Of a stretch of DNA of 64,000 nt, positions 48,139-58,553 are shown in pieces. The DNA comes from Halarcobacter sp. GTDB lineage: Bacteria > Campylobacterota > Campylobacteria > Campylobacterales > Arcobacteraceae. The DNA is taken from the NCBI GenBank assembly GCA_963676565.1, contig OY781089.1:1728001-1792000 (forward strand). Reading direction: 5' to 3'. Both the position numbers and the translations under genes were made by a program. The notes beneath the pieces are model-generated. The model saw only the letters and a list, made by a program, of their open reading frames with translations, searched no databases and was not told the origin of the DNA. Numbering within the stretch: the first letter of the stretch is position 1; each line of letters begins with the position of its first letter.

Positions 48139-49257
48139 ATGAGATATGACAAAATGAGCTCTTTTATCGTAATGGATATTGTACGAGATGCTCAAAAATA
48201 CGATGATACAATACATTTTGAGATTGGACAACCTGATTTAAACCCAAGTTTAAAAGTGAAAAATAGTTTAAAAAAAGCCTTAGACGAGGACAAGTTTTCC
48301 TATACTGAATCTTTAGGATTATTTGAACTTAGGGAAAAAATTGTTCAACATTATAAAAAATCTTATGGTGTAAGTATTGACCCTTCACAGATATTATTAA
48401 CCCCAGGCACTTCCGGTGCTTTTTTAATTGCATATACTTTAACACTAAAAAAAGATGGGAAGTTAGGTCTTAGTGATCCATCATACCCTTGTTATAAAAA
48501 CTTTGCATATATGTTTGATATAGATCCAGTTTTTATGAATATAGATAAAACCACAAATTATGAATTAACAGTTGAACATTTAAAAAAAGAAAATATTGAT
48601 GCTCTTCAAATATCAAGTCCTAGTAATCCAACTGGTAATATTTACTCTAAAGAGAATTTAAAAGAGTTAATTGAATACTGTGATGAAAATGATATATTTT
48701 TTATATCAGATGAACTTTATCATGGGTTAGTTTATGAAAAAGAGGCAAATTGTGCTTTGGAATTTAGTGATAAGTCAATTGTAATCAATGGTTTTTCCAA
48801 ATATTTTTGTATGCCAGGAATGAGGTTAGGGTGGATTATTGTTCCTAAAAATTTAGTTAGAGAAGCAGAGATTATTGCTCAAAATATTTTTATTTCAGCT
48901 CCAACATTATCACAATATGCAGCTTTAGAAGCTTTTGATTATGAGTATTTAGAAAATATAAAAAATACTTTTAAAGAAAGAAGAGACTTTTTGTATAAAG
49001 AGCTAAATGATATATTTAAAATTGATGCAAAACCAGATGGGGCATTTTATCTTTGGGCAGATGTATCAAAATATTCAGATGATAGTTTTGCTTTTGCAAA
49101 AGAGTTACTAGAAAATATTCATATTGCTTCAACACCTGGAATTGATTTTGGAAGTAATAAAACAAATAAGTATTTAAGATTTGCATATACACGAGATATA
49201 AAGCATATGAAAGAGGGAATTGAAAGGTTAAAAAAATATTTACAAAGTAGAAAGTAG
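48139..49257 (+). CDS. PLP-dependent aminotransferase class I/II
   Basis: IGQPD, SPSNPTG, SDELY and GFSKYFCMPGMRLGW motifs. Confidence 0.95.
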   Translation: MRYDKMSSFIVMDIVRDAQKYDDTIHFEIGQPDLNPSLKVKNSLKKALDEDKFSYTESLGLFELREKIVQHYKKSYGVSIDPSQILLTPGTSGAFLIAYTLTLKKDGKLGLSDPSYPCYKNFAYMFDIDPVFMNIDKTTNYELTVEHLKKENIDALQISSPSNPTGNIYSKENLKELIEYCDENDIFFISDELYHGLVYEKEANCALEFSDKSIVINGFSKYFCMPGMRLGWIIVPKNLVREAEIIAQNIFISAPTLSQYAALEAFDYEYLENIKNTFKERRDFLYKELNDIFKIDAKPDGAFYLWADVSKYSDDSFAFAKELLENIHIASTPGIDFGSNKTNKYLRFAYTRDIKHMKEGIERLKKYLQSRK

Positions 49258-49875
49258 TGAGTGTAACTCTTCTAATGATTTAATATAGTGTTGAGCCTTT
49301 GAAAAATCTTGAGTTTTAGTAAACTCATTGTGAACTATTATACAATCAATATTTGCACTAAAAGCAGAGATTAGTCCACGTTCTGAATCCTCAACAACTA
49401 CAACTTCATCTTTCTTTGCATTAAATAGTTCAAGACCTTTTAGATAAGGTTCAGGGTGGGGTTTTGCTTTTTTATAGTCTTCTACACATAATACAAACTC
49501 CATAAAATCAGTGATACCTCTATTTTTATGAATAATCTCAAAATCTTCTCGTCTTGAAGTTGTTACGATGCCCATTTTATAATGTTTGCTAAGTTTTTCT
49601 AATATTTTATGAATATTATCAATTGCAAGATTTTCTGTTTTTAGATACTCTTGATAATATACATCCCTTTGGTCTCTGGCAATATCAATTTGTTTTTTTG
49701 TAGCATTTGGTGCAGCTACCCAAACACCTTTACCATCAGTCATAAGTTTCATATATTGTTCAAAGCTTACATCCACATCAAAAAACTCTTTTAAAGCACG
49801 TTTGCTAGCCTTGTAGTATAGAGGTTCAGTTTCAACAAGGACCCCATCATTATCAAAAAGGATATATTTTTTCAA
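49240..49875 (-). CDS. HAD-family phosphatase
   Basis: FDNDGVLVET, KPHPEPY and VEDS..G motifs. Confidence 0.93.
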   Translation of the reverse strand: MKKYILFDNDGVLVETEPLYYKASKRALKEFFDVDVSFEQYMKLMTDGKGVWVAAPNATKKQIDIARDQRDVYYQEYLKTENLAIDNIHKILEKLSKHYKMGIVTTSRREDFEIIHKNRGITDFMEFVLCVEDYKKAKPHPEPYLKGLELFNAKKDEVVVVEDSERGLISAFSANIDCIIVHNEFTKTQDFSKAQHYIKSLEELHSLLSTL

Positions 49876-49878
49876 ATC

Positions 49879-50286
49879 TTAGTTATCATCATACTTTTCA
49901 AACTCTTCATCATAAAAGCATCCAAGTTGACAATGGGTTACTTTAATATCAGAATTATTAATTGTTGAACCTACTTTTCTTAAGGTTGCACCTTTATCTC
50001 TTGCTGCATACCATGCAACTTCACATTCAACTTTTTTTGCTTTGTTGAAGTTTTCAGAAAGTTTGTTATAAATTTTATCGTCAAGGTCAGAAAACTGTAT
50101 CTTACCAAATACACCTAGTTCACAGTTTGTAATTTTAATATTCATTGATTTTGTGATAAAGTCCATATCTTTTGGCTTTACACCAATTAATCTTGCTACT
50201 TTAAAAGCTTTTAAGCAAGATAGTTTTCCTTCTTCATCCAAGTTAGTTAATAATAAGTCTTTTTGCGTCTCGTCTAATTGTTTCAT
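49879..50286 (-). CDS. Hypothetical protein with two C...C(E/Q)LGxF repeats
   Basis: LSC..AF....IKITNCELGVF and VEC..AW....IKVTHCQLGCF. Confidence 0.8.
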   Translation of the reverse strand: MKQLDETQKDLLLTNLDEEGKLSCLKAFKVARLIGVKPKDMDFITKSMNIKITNCELGVFGKIQFSDLDDKIYNKLSENFNKAKKVECEVAWYAARDKGATLRKVGSTINNSDIKVTHCQLGCFYDEEFEKYDDN

Positions 50287-50545
50287 TTTTTTATATTATT
50301 GCCTTTTATAATACCTTAAAATTTTTTCGGATTATACTATTTAAAAGTTACATAAAAATAGCGAATGAGCGATTATACAATTTAATGGTGAAATTAAAGT
50401 GATTAATATGAATATTTTATGTAATTTTTATAAAAAAATAATATGGCGTGTAGAATCGTACTATTTTACAAAAGAATTATTAGTTTTCTTAATGAATATT
50501 TTTTGCTTTTAGTCTGAATTTATGAAATATAAAGTTGATAGTCTT

Positions 50546-51127
50546 TTAGCATTTTTTTAATGCTTCTAGTTCCCATTTGCTTTTTGGTGCAATATAGTTT
50601 TTAAAAGAATTATAAATTTTTTTTATATCATCACTTACAATTATTGCATCTAAATGCTCTTGACTAATAAAACCATTATGAACACAATTTTGTAAAAAAT
50701 CTAAGAATTTATCATAATATCCATTTACATTATAGAAAGCACAAGGCTTTTTATGTAATCCAATTTGAATATATGTAAAAATCTCACTAATCTCTTCTAA
50801 TGTTCCAAAACCACCAGGAAAGGCAATAAAAGCATCAGATAATTGTTCCATCTTCTCTTTTCTTTGCCTAATAGTATCAACCTTATATAGTTTTGTTATT
50901 GAAGTGTTTTCAATCTCTTTATATGCTAAATCATGGGTTATTACTCCAATGACTTGCATATTTAGTTCAATAGCAGTTTGAGATATTGTTCCCATTAAAC
51001 CAGCTTTACTACCACCATAAACAATTGCAGTATCAGTAGTTGAAAGAAACTCTATAGACTCCTTTGCTTTTATATTATAAATTTTATTATTCCCAAAAGA
51101 TGAACCACAATAAATAGCTATTTTCAT
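50546..51127 (-). CDS. LOG-family nucleotide phosphoribohydrolase (TIGR00730)
   Basis: YCGS, VYGG..GLMG and PGGFGTLEE motifs. Confidence 0.93.
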   Translation of the reverse strand: MKIAIYCGSSFGNNKIYNIKAKESIEFLSTTDTAIVYGGSKAGLMGTISQTAIELNMQVIGVITHDLAYKEIENTSITKLYKVDTIRQRKEKMEQLSDAFIAFPGGFGTLEEISEIFTYIQIGLHKKPCAFYNVNGYYDKFLDFLQNCVHNGFISQEHLDAIIVSDDIKKIYNSFKNYIAPKSKWELEALKKC

Positions 51128-51321
51128 TAATACTCATTTCCTTCAATTAAATTATAAGAAAAATATTCAATTTCAGAATCTTCCACTTTATATCTTATCT
51201 CTATAGGTCTACAACAAACTTCACAATCATCAATTATAAATGATGAGCCTTGCGTTCCTAAGTCTAAAAGTACACTTATTCTTTGTCTGCAATATGGACA
51301 CTCAATAAATTTCTCAAACAT
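51127..51321 (-). CDS. CPXCG-motif cysteine-rich protein
   Basis: CPYC and DCEVCCRP motifs. Confidence 0.88.
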   Translation of the reverse strand: MFEKFIECPYCRQRISVLLDLGTQGSSFIIDDCEVCCRPIEIRYKVEDSEIEYFSYNLIEGNEY

Positions 51322-53809
51322 TTAAACTCTTATTTGTTTTATAAGGTTTAAACATAATTAATAATCTTGGTAATAAGAAAAGTGCTGATAAAAGAATTGT
51401 TGCCATTACAATTACTGTTAACAATCCAAAATATATAGTTGGAATAAGATTTGATAAAACTAAAATTGAAAAACCAACAATTACAACAAGTGAAGTATAA
51501 ACCATTGCGTATCCAATAGATTCATGGGCTCTTTTCATTGAATTTACATAATTGTGGTCTTTTTTAAACTCTTCATGGAATCTATGAATATAGTGAATTG
51601 TGTCATCCACTCCTATTCCAATAGAAATAGCAGCAATTGTAATAGTCATAATATCTAAAGGGATTGAAAGCCAACCCATTATTCCAAAGATTATAGATAT
51701 CGGTACAATGTTTGCTAAAATAGCAATAGATGCAATTACTAATGATCTAAATAAAATAAAGAACATAATAAATAAAATAATAACTACAAAACCAATTGTT
51801 TTAATTTGAGAATCAAAAAGTGATTGAAGCATGTTGTTATATAAAATCATAAGATTTGACAATCTAAACTCAACTGTGCTGTTATCAATAATATTAGGTA
51901 GATCTTTATTTATCTTTTTGATTAATTCATCACGTCTTAAATTAGGATTTGAATCAATTATTCTTGTACTAATTCTTGCTTCATTATTTTCAATATTAAT
52001 ATATGGATTTAAAATAATATCCTTATATTCTTCTGGTAATTCTTTATATAATAAAGCTAGGGTAAAACCATCTAAATCTTTACCTTCATTTAGAACTTTC
52101 CCTGTTTTTAAAAGTGTTGCTAGAGATGAAACTTTTCCAATTTGAGGATTCTTATCTAGATAATCATGAACTTTTGTAATAACATCCATTTTATCTTGAG
52201 TAAACCAGTATTTTTCATCATTTGCTGATTGGGCAAATTCTGCTTCAAAATCACCAAACCCATCATCAGCATTGGTAGTTTCTTTTTGTTGTTTTTCTTT
52301 CTTATTTGCATCAAATTTGATAATTACATCTAAAGGTGTAGTTCCACCTAATTTATTATCAATAACTTCCATACCTTTGTATATTTCTGTAGTTTTCTTA
52401 AAATAATTAATAAAACTATTTTCAACTTTTAGTTTCATAGCACCACTAATAGAAAATGCTAAAACTAAAATTGAAGCAATAATAATACTCCCACCTTGTT
52501 TCTCAACTGTATTTGAAATAAAACTCATATAAGTTGATTTATTACTACCTTTATCTTCTATTTTTATTTTCTTCATTAATATTAATAAAGCTGGGAATAC
52601 AAGAAATGATATTAATAGTGAGATAGCAATACCTGTACTCATCATCCAACCTAGATTTTTAACAGGTTGAATACCAGATAATACAAGAGAGCCAAAACCT
52701 GCTATTGTAGTAATAATTGCAAAAAATGATGGGTTGAATTTTGATAAAATAGTATTTATAACTAATTTATATTGGCTAGAGTTTTTATATTTAAAACTAA
52801 GTTCTCTATATCTTACAATTAGGTGTAAAACTATTGAGATTGTAATAATCAATTGTAAGGCAATAAAATTTGACGATATTACTGTAACTTCCCAGCCAAA
52901 TAAACCTAAAGTTCCTGTTGTTGAAATTACAGATAATGTACATATGATTAAAGGTAATAAAACCCATATAAATTGTCTAAAGATTATCCAAAGAATAATT
53001 GTTAATAAAACTACTAAGGTTGAGCCATAAATATATAAATCATTTTTAACAAAGCCGATGATGTCATCAGCTATCATACCTACACCACCTAGAAATAGTT
53101 TATCTTCATTGTTGTATTTTTTTAAAATAGTTCTGATTTCTTCAATATATAAGTGGTTTTGTTCCCTTTGAAAATCTCTATATTTTTTAAATTCAATACT
53201 AACTTTTTCTAATTGATTTAAGTCCTCTTTAGATGCTATATTTTCTCTTTTTTTTGTTAGAAGGGCATTTCTTTTTTCTAATAGTTCAAAATATTTAGTA
53301 TCGCTTTTAAGATTTAGAACAACAGCAGTTGTAGTAAAATCAGAACTTACAAGTGAATCTTTATAAAGCTCAGATTCTAAAAACTCTTTTTTTACCAAAT
53401 TTTTATCAAAATCACTATTTTCAATTGTTCTTACGCCATCTACAAGCTTTCTTAATTCTTGAACAGGAGATTGTAATAATGGAACATTTAAAATCGATGT
53501 GATGTTATCTACATTTTGAATCTGTTTTAAGTCTTTAGTTAGACTTTTTAAAGTTTCAATACTTTCATTTGATAATAAATCATTTTTAGGTTTATATGTT
53601 ACAACTAGGTAATCAGGGGTATAGTATCTTTTTGTAACTTCTCTAGAAAATTTTAAATCTTTATCATCATCAAGAAGAAGTGTTTCTGATGAAGCATCTA
53701 TTTGAAGTTTTGTTGAGTAAAAGCCTAAGAAACAAACACCAATTAAAACTAAAATTAAAATTTTTAATGGGTGTTTGATAATGTAAGTATCATAAAACTT
53801 TTTTATCAT
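51314..53809 (-). CDS. MMPL/RND-family transporter
   Basis: Two (TM, periplasmic loop, 5 TM) halves; TTIAGFGSL and GIGVDDTIH motifs. Confidence 0.92.
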   Translation of the reverse strand: MIKKFYDTYIIKHPLKILILVLIGVCFLGFYSTKLQIDASSETLLLDDDKDLKFSREVTKRYYTPDYLVVTYKPKNDLLSNESIETLKSLTKDLKQIQNVDNITSILNVPLLQSPVQELRKLVDGVRTIENSDFDKNLVKKEFLESELYKDSLVSSDFTTTAVVLNLKSDTKYFELLEKRNALLTKKRENIASKEDLNQLEKVSIEFKKYRDFQREQNHLYIEEIRTILKKYNNEDKLFLGGVGMIADDIIGFVKNDLYIYGSTLVVLLTIILWIIFRQFIWVLLPLIICTLSVISTTGTLGLFGWEVTVISSNFIALQLIITISIVLHLIVRYRELSFKYKNSSQYKLVINTILSKFNPSFFAIITTIAGFGSLVLSGIQPVKNLGWMMSTGIAISLLISFLVFPALLILMKKIKIEDKGSNKSTYMSFISNTVEKQGGSIIIASILVLAFSISGAMKLKVENSFINYFKKTTEIYKGMEVIDNKLGGTTPLDVIIKFDANKKEKQQKETTNADDGFGDFEAEFAQSANDEKYWFTQDKMDVITKVHDYLDKNPQIGKVSSLATLLKTGKVLNEGKDLDGFTLALLYKELPEEYKDIILNPYINIENNEARISTRIIDSNPNLRRDELIKKINKDLPNIIDNSTVEFRLSNLMILYNNMLQSLFDSQIKTIGFVVIILFIMFFILFRSLVIASIAILANIVPISIIFGIMGWLSIPLDIMTITIAAISIGIGVDDTIHYIHRFHEEFKKDHNYVNSMKRAHESIGYAMVYTSLVVIVGFSILVLSNLIPTIYFGLLTVIVMATILLSALFLLPRLLIMFKPYKTNKSLNV

Positions 53810-54390
53810 TTATTTGAATTGTTTTTATCTTTTAAAAAACTTAGTAATTCTTCAAAGGTTTTATCCTTTAAGAAGCCAGAAAATTGCTTTCTATATGTTT
53901 GAATTATACTAACTCCTAATAAATCAACATCATAAATAAGCCAACTATCTTTACTTTTTTCATAAAATTTGTAATTTATTTGATATTTTTCTTCTTTACC
54001 AACTAATTGAGTTCTTAAAATAATTCTATTTGCTTTAGGTTGTTCTTTACCTAAAATTTCTACTAATTCATCTGTGTATAAATCAAGTTTTTCAACATAT
54101 GAGTTTTTTAATTTTTCAGTAAATGTTTTAACAAAATCCTCTTTTTTCTCTTTTGAAAGAAGATTCCATTCTTTACCTAATGATAATCTTGACATTAATT
54201 CATAATCAAATATCGGATCCATTAAATTTATAATCTCTTCAGATTTTTTTTCTTTTGGCATATTTGAGTCTTTTAATATCATTAAAACTTTATCAATAGT
54301 ATTTCCCATTTGAGCATCAATATTATCTTTTTTAAAGTTTGCATATGTAAAGTTTAAAACTAAAAGTAATGAAAATAAAATTTTATACAT
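53806..54390 (-). CDS. mlaC: MlaC/Ttg2D-family periplasmic lipid-binding protein
   Basis: Signal peptide; FDYELMSRLSLGKEW and W.IYDV..GVS..TYRKQF motifs. Confidence 0.88.
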   Translation of the reverse strand: MYKILFSLLLVLNFTYANFKKDNIDAQMGNTIDKVLMILKDSNMPKEKKSEEIINLMDPIFDYELMSRLSLGKEWNLLSKEKKEDFVKTFTEKLKNSYVEKLDLYTDELVEILGKEQPKANRIILRTQLVGKEEKYQINYKFYEKSKDSWLIYDVDLLGVSIIQTYRKQFSGFLKDKTFEELLSFLKDKNNSNK

Positions 54391-54393
54391 CTA

Positions 54394-55236
54394 TTATTCC
54401 TTAATTTGCTTTTCTCTATTTTGATTGTAAACATCTCTTAAAAATGGGTATAAATCTATTGCATCTTTTTTTAGGTTTTCATATTGTCCTAACATTAATG
54501 ATGTACTATTTATAACATCTACACTTTTAATTGCAAAAGTTTGACCCATATTTTCTGGAATTTTGTATTTTAAATCTCCTGAACTGTTAAGTGGACTAAC
54601 ATATCCATCTGCAACTAATCCAAAAATGTCTCTAACATTTGATGGACCATAAATTGGAAGAACTATATGAGTTCCACCTCCAAAACCATAATATGCTAAG
54701 GTTTGACCGAAGTCCTCATCCCTCTTGTTTAAATTGTAATCTTTTGCAACATCCATAAAACCTAATACACCAACAGTAGAATTTATTAAAAATCTTCCTG
54801 TCTCTTCTGCTGCATAATCAAATTTGAATTGTAAAATATTATTTATTAATCGTATAGGAAATGTGATATTTTCAAAAAAGTTTGAAATTCCAACTCTTGC
54901 AGTTTCAGGAACTACATTTGCATAAGCTCTTGCCGTTGGGTCCAATAGATTAGTATATAATTTATCGTTAAAAGTTGTCATTAATCTGTTGTAAGATTCA
55001 AAAGGATCAGAAATCTCTTTTTCTTCTTTAAATTCAGAAAGGAAATCTTCTTTGTCATTTGAAGTATTTTGTTCTTGAACTTTTACAAATTTATCTTTAC
55101 TAAAATAAACGTAAGTAACCCTTTGGTCCTCAGGTACTGCTTCAAACTTCAAGTCAGAAGTAACTCTATAATGGTTTGTTACACTACATGCGTTAAATGT
55201 AACAATTATAAATAAGAAAATAATAAAACTCTTCAT
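54394..55236 (-). CDS. mlaA: VacJ/MlaA outer-membrane lipoprotein
   Basis: Lipobox FNA-C; DPFESYNR, RFLINSTVG, EDFGQTL and LPIYGPSNVRD motifs. Confidence 0.93.
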   Translation of the reverse strand: MKSFIIFLFIIVTFNACSVTNHYRVTSDLKFEAVPEDQRVTYVYFSKDKFVKVQEQNTSNDKEDFLSEFKEEKEISDPFESYNRLMTTFNDKLYTNLLDPTARAYANVVPETARVGISNFFENITFPIRLINNILQFKFDYAAEETGRFLINSTVGVLGFMDVAKDYNLNKRDEDFGQTLAYYGFGGGTHIVLPIYGPSNVRDIFGLVADGYVSPLNSSGDLKYKIPENMGQTFAIKSVDVINSTSLMLGQYENLKKDAIDLYPFLRDVYNQNREKQIKE

Positions 55237-55411
55237 TTGTTTATGGCCTTGCGTGTGTATTATTGTGTGCGAATTAAGATAATAACTAAAAAAAATAAAA
55301 AAATAGCTTAAAATTTTTATGTGAATTTTAATAATAATTTATTGATTTATTCTACTTTTAATTACAATCTTGTTATAATCCCGAAATTTTAGAAATTATT
55401 GGAGATTTTTA

Positions 55412-56122
55412 ATGGGTAGAGCCTTTGAATATAGAAAAGCAGCTAAGATGAAAAGATGGGGAGCAATGTCGAGAGTATTCCCTAAACTTGCAAAAGCAAT
55501 TGAAATTGCAGCAAAAGCAGGTGGTGGTGATCCAGAGATGAACTCAGCACTTAGAACTGCTATATTAAATGCAAAAGCTGAAAATATGCCAAAAACAAAT
55601 ATTGATGCAGCTATTAAAAGAGCTACAGGAAAAGATGCAGCAAACTATACTGATGTGAATTTTGAAGGTAAAGGTCCTCATGGTGTTTTAGTTTTCGTTG
55701 AGACTGCAACTGATAATAATACTAGAACTGTGGCAAATGTAAAAATGCATTTTAATAAAAATGGTGGTCAAGTAGTACCAACTGGTTCTTTAGAGTTTTT
55801 CTTTGATAGAAAAGCAATTTTTGAATTTAATAAACCAGAAAATATGGATTTAGAAGAGTTAGAGTTAGAATTAATTGATGCAGGTCTTGAAGAGATTGAA
55901 GAGGAAGATGGAGTTGTTTTAGTTACAGCTGAATATACTGATTTTGGAGCATTAAACAAAGCATTTGAAGATATGGGTATTGAGCTTACAAAAGCTGAGT
56001 TAAAAAGAATTCCAAATAATCCACAAGAATTTACAGAAGAACAACAAGAAGAGATTGGGAAACTTTTAGAAAAGCTTGAAGATGACGATGACGTTCAAGC
56101 TGTTTATACTAACATAGCATAA
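55412..56122 (+). CDS. yebC: YebC/PmpR-family protein
   Basis: GGGDP..N..LR, TDNNTRT and [13 protein letters not shown] motifs. Confidence 0.95.
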   Translation: MGRAFEYRKAAKMKRWGAMSRVFPKLAKAIEIAAKAGGGDPEMNSALRTAILNAKAENMPKTNIDAAIKRATGKDAANYTDVNFEGKGPHGVLVFVETATDNNTRTVANVKMHFNKNGGQVVPTGSLEFFFDRKAIFEFNKPENMDLEELELELIDAGLEEIEEEDGVVLVTAEYTDFGALNKAFEDMGIELTKAELKRIPNNPQEFTEEQQEEIGKLLEKLEDDDDVQAVYTNIA

Positions 56123-56148
56123 AAAAGATAGAGTTTTCTCTATCTTTT
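56123..56148. terminator. Bidirectional terminator
   Basis: AAAAGATAGAG-TTTT-CTCTATCTTTT. Confidence 0.8.
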
Positions 56149-56962
56149 AATTTATTTTTTCCCCTAAAATATTTTTATTTAAATTTATATCTTTTCTTTC
56201 TATTGGTTTTTTATTCATTTCAATTTTAGCAATGGCATTTTTTATATTATTTATTCTTGTTTTTGAACTTGGGTGTGTTGATAAAAACTCTATATTCTCT
56301 TTTTTACCTTTACTCATATTTTGCCAAAAATTTAAAGCTTCATGAACATTATATCCTGCTTCATGCATAAGATATATTCCTATTTCATCTGCTTCATTCT
56401 CTTGCATCCTTCCATACGGTAATAAAACCCCATATTGAGCACCTAAGCCATATGCAATATTAAAAGATTGTGATAGATGAGGAGCTTTAGAACCAATTAT
56501 TATATTTCCTACTAATTGTACTCCTTGTGCAACCATTCCTGTACTCATCCTCTCTGCTCCATGTCTTGCTAAAGCATGAGCAATCTCATGGGACATAACA
56601 GTTGCTAATTGATCGTCATTTTTAGCAACTTCTAATATTCCAGTATAAACAACAACTTTTCCTCCAGGTAAACAAAATGCATTTTTTGCATCATTTTTAA
56701 CTAAGTTAAATTCCCAATTATAATCACTTCTATCAATTATATTAGCAATTCTTTGTCCAATTCTTTTAACTCTTCTTGAATCTATTGTATTAGTAATTAC
56801 TTCTGATTTTTTTAATGTTTCTTTATAAGATTGTTCACCTAAAGCTAATTCTTGAGATTGTGACAATAAAATCATTTGATTTCTTTTTGTATAAGGTGTT
56901 TTACTAGTACACCCTGAAATAAGAATTAATATAGTAATTAGTATAAATAAACTTCTTTTCAT
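56147..56962 (-). CDS. M48-family zinc metalloprotease lipoprotein
   Basis: Lipobox ISG-C; NAFCLPGG, HEIAH, E.EAD and STHP motifs. Confidence 0.93.
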   Translation of the reverse strand: MKRSLFILITILILISGCTSKTPYTKRNQMILLSQSQELALGEQSYKETLKKSEVITNTIDSRRVKRIGQRIANIIDRSDYNWEFNLVKNDAKNAFCLPGGKVVVYTGILEVAKNDDQLATVMSHEIAHALARHGAERMSTGMVAQGVQLVGNIIIGSKAPHLSQSFNIAYGLGAQYGVLLPYGRMQENEADEIGIYLMHEAGYNVHEALNFWQNMSKGKKENIEFLSTHPSSKTRINNIKNAIAKIEMNKKPIERKDINLNKNILGEKIN

Positions 56963-56964
56963 TA

Positions 56965-57753
56965 TTATCCTTTAGTTATTTTAAAATCTGTCATCTCTCC
57001 AACAATATCACCAAATAAGACTACATCTTTTAATATAGCCATACTACAAAAACCTTCATTGTTTAGTGATAAAAATAGTTCACCTTTTTCACTTCCAAAG
57101 ATTTTTTGATTTATGTAAACAATAAGTTTTTTCTCTTTTTCTTTTTTCATTGTTTTATTTATTTGATTAGTTTTATTTTTTGAAGGGATTAATAAATCAA
57201 TTTTTCCATCTTTTTTATTAGCCCCTATGGCACTAAAGGTATAATTTTTTTCATATTTGAATTCTATTAGTTCATTTAAATTGAAAAATAGTGACAATAA
57301 ATCATTTTTTGTAAAGAATTTTAGTTCTTCTGTATATTCATTGTAAAAAGGTTCTTCTTGAAATTTTAGTTCATTATTAACACTTTTTTTGATACCTTCA
57401 TTTATAGTTTTAACTACAATTTTTTTATTCTCATAATCAAATGTATACTCTTTTATTCTTGATTTATAATTGCTTTTTTTAATTTTAATAAACTTTTTAG
57501 GGATAAATCTATTATTAATAAATCTACCTGTACTTTTATATATTTCAGTTCTATTATTAGTCAAAATTTTTGCCATACCTATAGTTTGAGCTTCAATTTT
57601 AATCTCATACTCATCTTTATTGTAAGTTAATTTTGCATTTGCAATACCCAAATCTAAAAATGAACCATAAGTTATTGAGTAGTTTGCTTCAATTGTTTTG
57701 GCAAAAAGTATGCTATTGGTAAATATTAATAATAAAGTAATAAATCTTTTCAT
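56965..57753 (-). CDS. DUF3108-like exported protein
   Basis: Signal peptide; beta-rich Y.I..G..LG.A, Y.I...A...G and D.LS.F pattern. Confidence 0.7.
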   Translation of the reverse strand: MKRFITLLLIFTNSILFAKTIEANYSITYGSFLDLGIANAKLTYNKDEYEIKIEAQTIGMAKILTNNRTEIYKSTGRFINNRFIPKKFIKIKKSNYKSRIKEYTFDYENKKIVVKTINEGIKKSVNNELKFQEEPFYNEYTEELKFFTKNDLLSLFFNLNELIEFKYEKNYTFSAIGANKKDGKIDLLIPSKNKTNQINKTMKKEKEKKLIVYINQKIFGSEKGELFLSLNNEGFCSMAILKDVVLFGDIVGEMTDFKITKG

Positions 57754-57791
57754 AACAAATTATATCACAGGCTTTGTAGAAAAAATGTGAA

Positions 57792-58235
57792 TTATCTTTT
57801 TTTTATCACATAAACTCCCTCAAAATCTAAACAAAGTTTTCCATCTTCTATAATTTCTCCTTTAATTCTCAAAGATGAACTATTCTTTTCTTTCATTTTC
57901 TTTTCAAAAAGTTTTATTTGCTCTTTTGAAGGTAAGTATGTTTTACATTCAAAATCTTTTGTAATGGGTGCTTTATATGATATATTACTTTTTATTATTG
58001 CAATCATGCTATTTTCCAAATCTAATTTAGAAGCTTCTAAATAACATACACACCAAGCAGAAATAGTGACAATTGTATTTAAACTTCCAGCAAAACCTGT
58101 ACCTTTGTCATTAATATTTGGTTCTAAAGGAGCTTTTGTAATTAAGCTATCATCATTTAATTCTTCAAGTGTTAATTGCATATATTTTGTCATAGGTATT
58201 TCATTGTGAAGTTTTTCTTCAAGTTTTTTTAACAT
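57792..58235 (-). CDS. YiiD C-terminal-like hotdog thioesterase
   Basis: IPMTKYMQL, APLEPNIND..TGFAGSL and F.G.YV motifs. Confidence 0.88.
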   Translation of the reverse strand: MLKKLEEKLHNEIPMTKYMQLTLEELNDDSLITKAPLEPNINDKGTGFAGSLNTIVTISAWCVCYLEASKLDLENSMIAIIKSNISYKAPITKDFECKTYLPSKEQIKLFEKKMKEKNSSSLRIKGEIIEDGKLCLDFEGVYVIKKR

Positions 58236-58259
58236 TTTAATCTCCTGATTATTTTATTA

Positions 58260-58496
58260 TACAAAAATATATATAGTAAGATATGTACAATCTAAATTTT
58301 CATTGTACTAAAATTGTACAATCAAATTTAAAAAATCATCATAAAAGATTTAAACTTAAAAACAAAGATTAGATTTTGTTTTTAATTAATAGCAATTGTA
58401 TGTACTTATAGTAATAATGAGTAGAAATTGTATTACTTTTAGTAACTTTTATTTTAATTGTAAAAAATTGTATCCGCATTTACAAAAATTGTACAT
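58260..58496. promoter_or_regulatory. Array of ATTGTA(C)/TACAA sites upstream of acnB
   Basis: ATTGTA at 58302, 58313, 58395, 58427, 58457, 58467 and 58488, plus inverted copies. Confidence 0.5.
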
Positions 58497-58553
58497 TCAA
58501 GCAAATAAACATTATGCTATACTAGTGCTACAAAATTACTAGGAGAAATCTAT

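Noticed and set aside
50287..50545. Long intergenic region as a riboswitch or ModE site
   Set aside because: No convincing stems or consensus match
58522..58542. CTAGT/ACTAG hairpin over the acnB RBS (IRE-like)
   Set aside because: The left arm overlaps the -10 (TGCTATACT) and would not be transcribed
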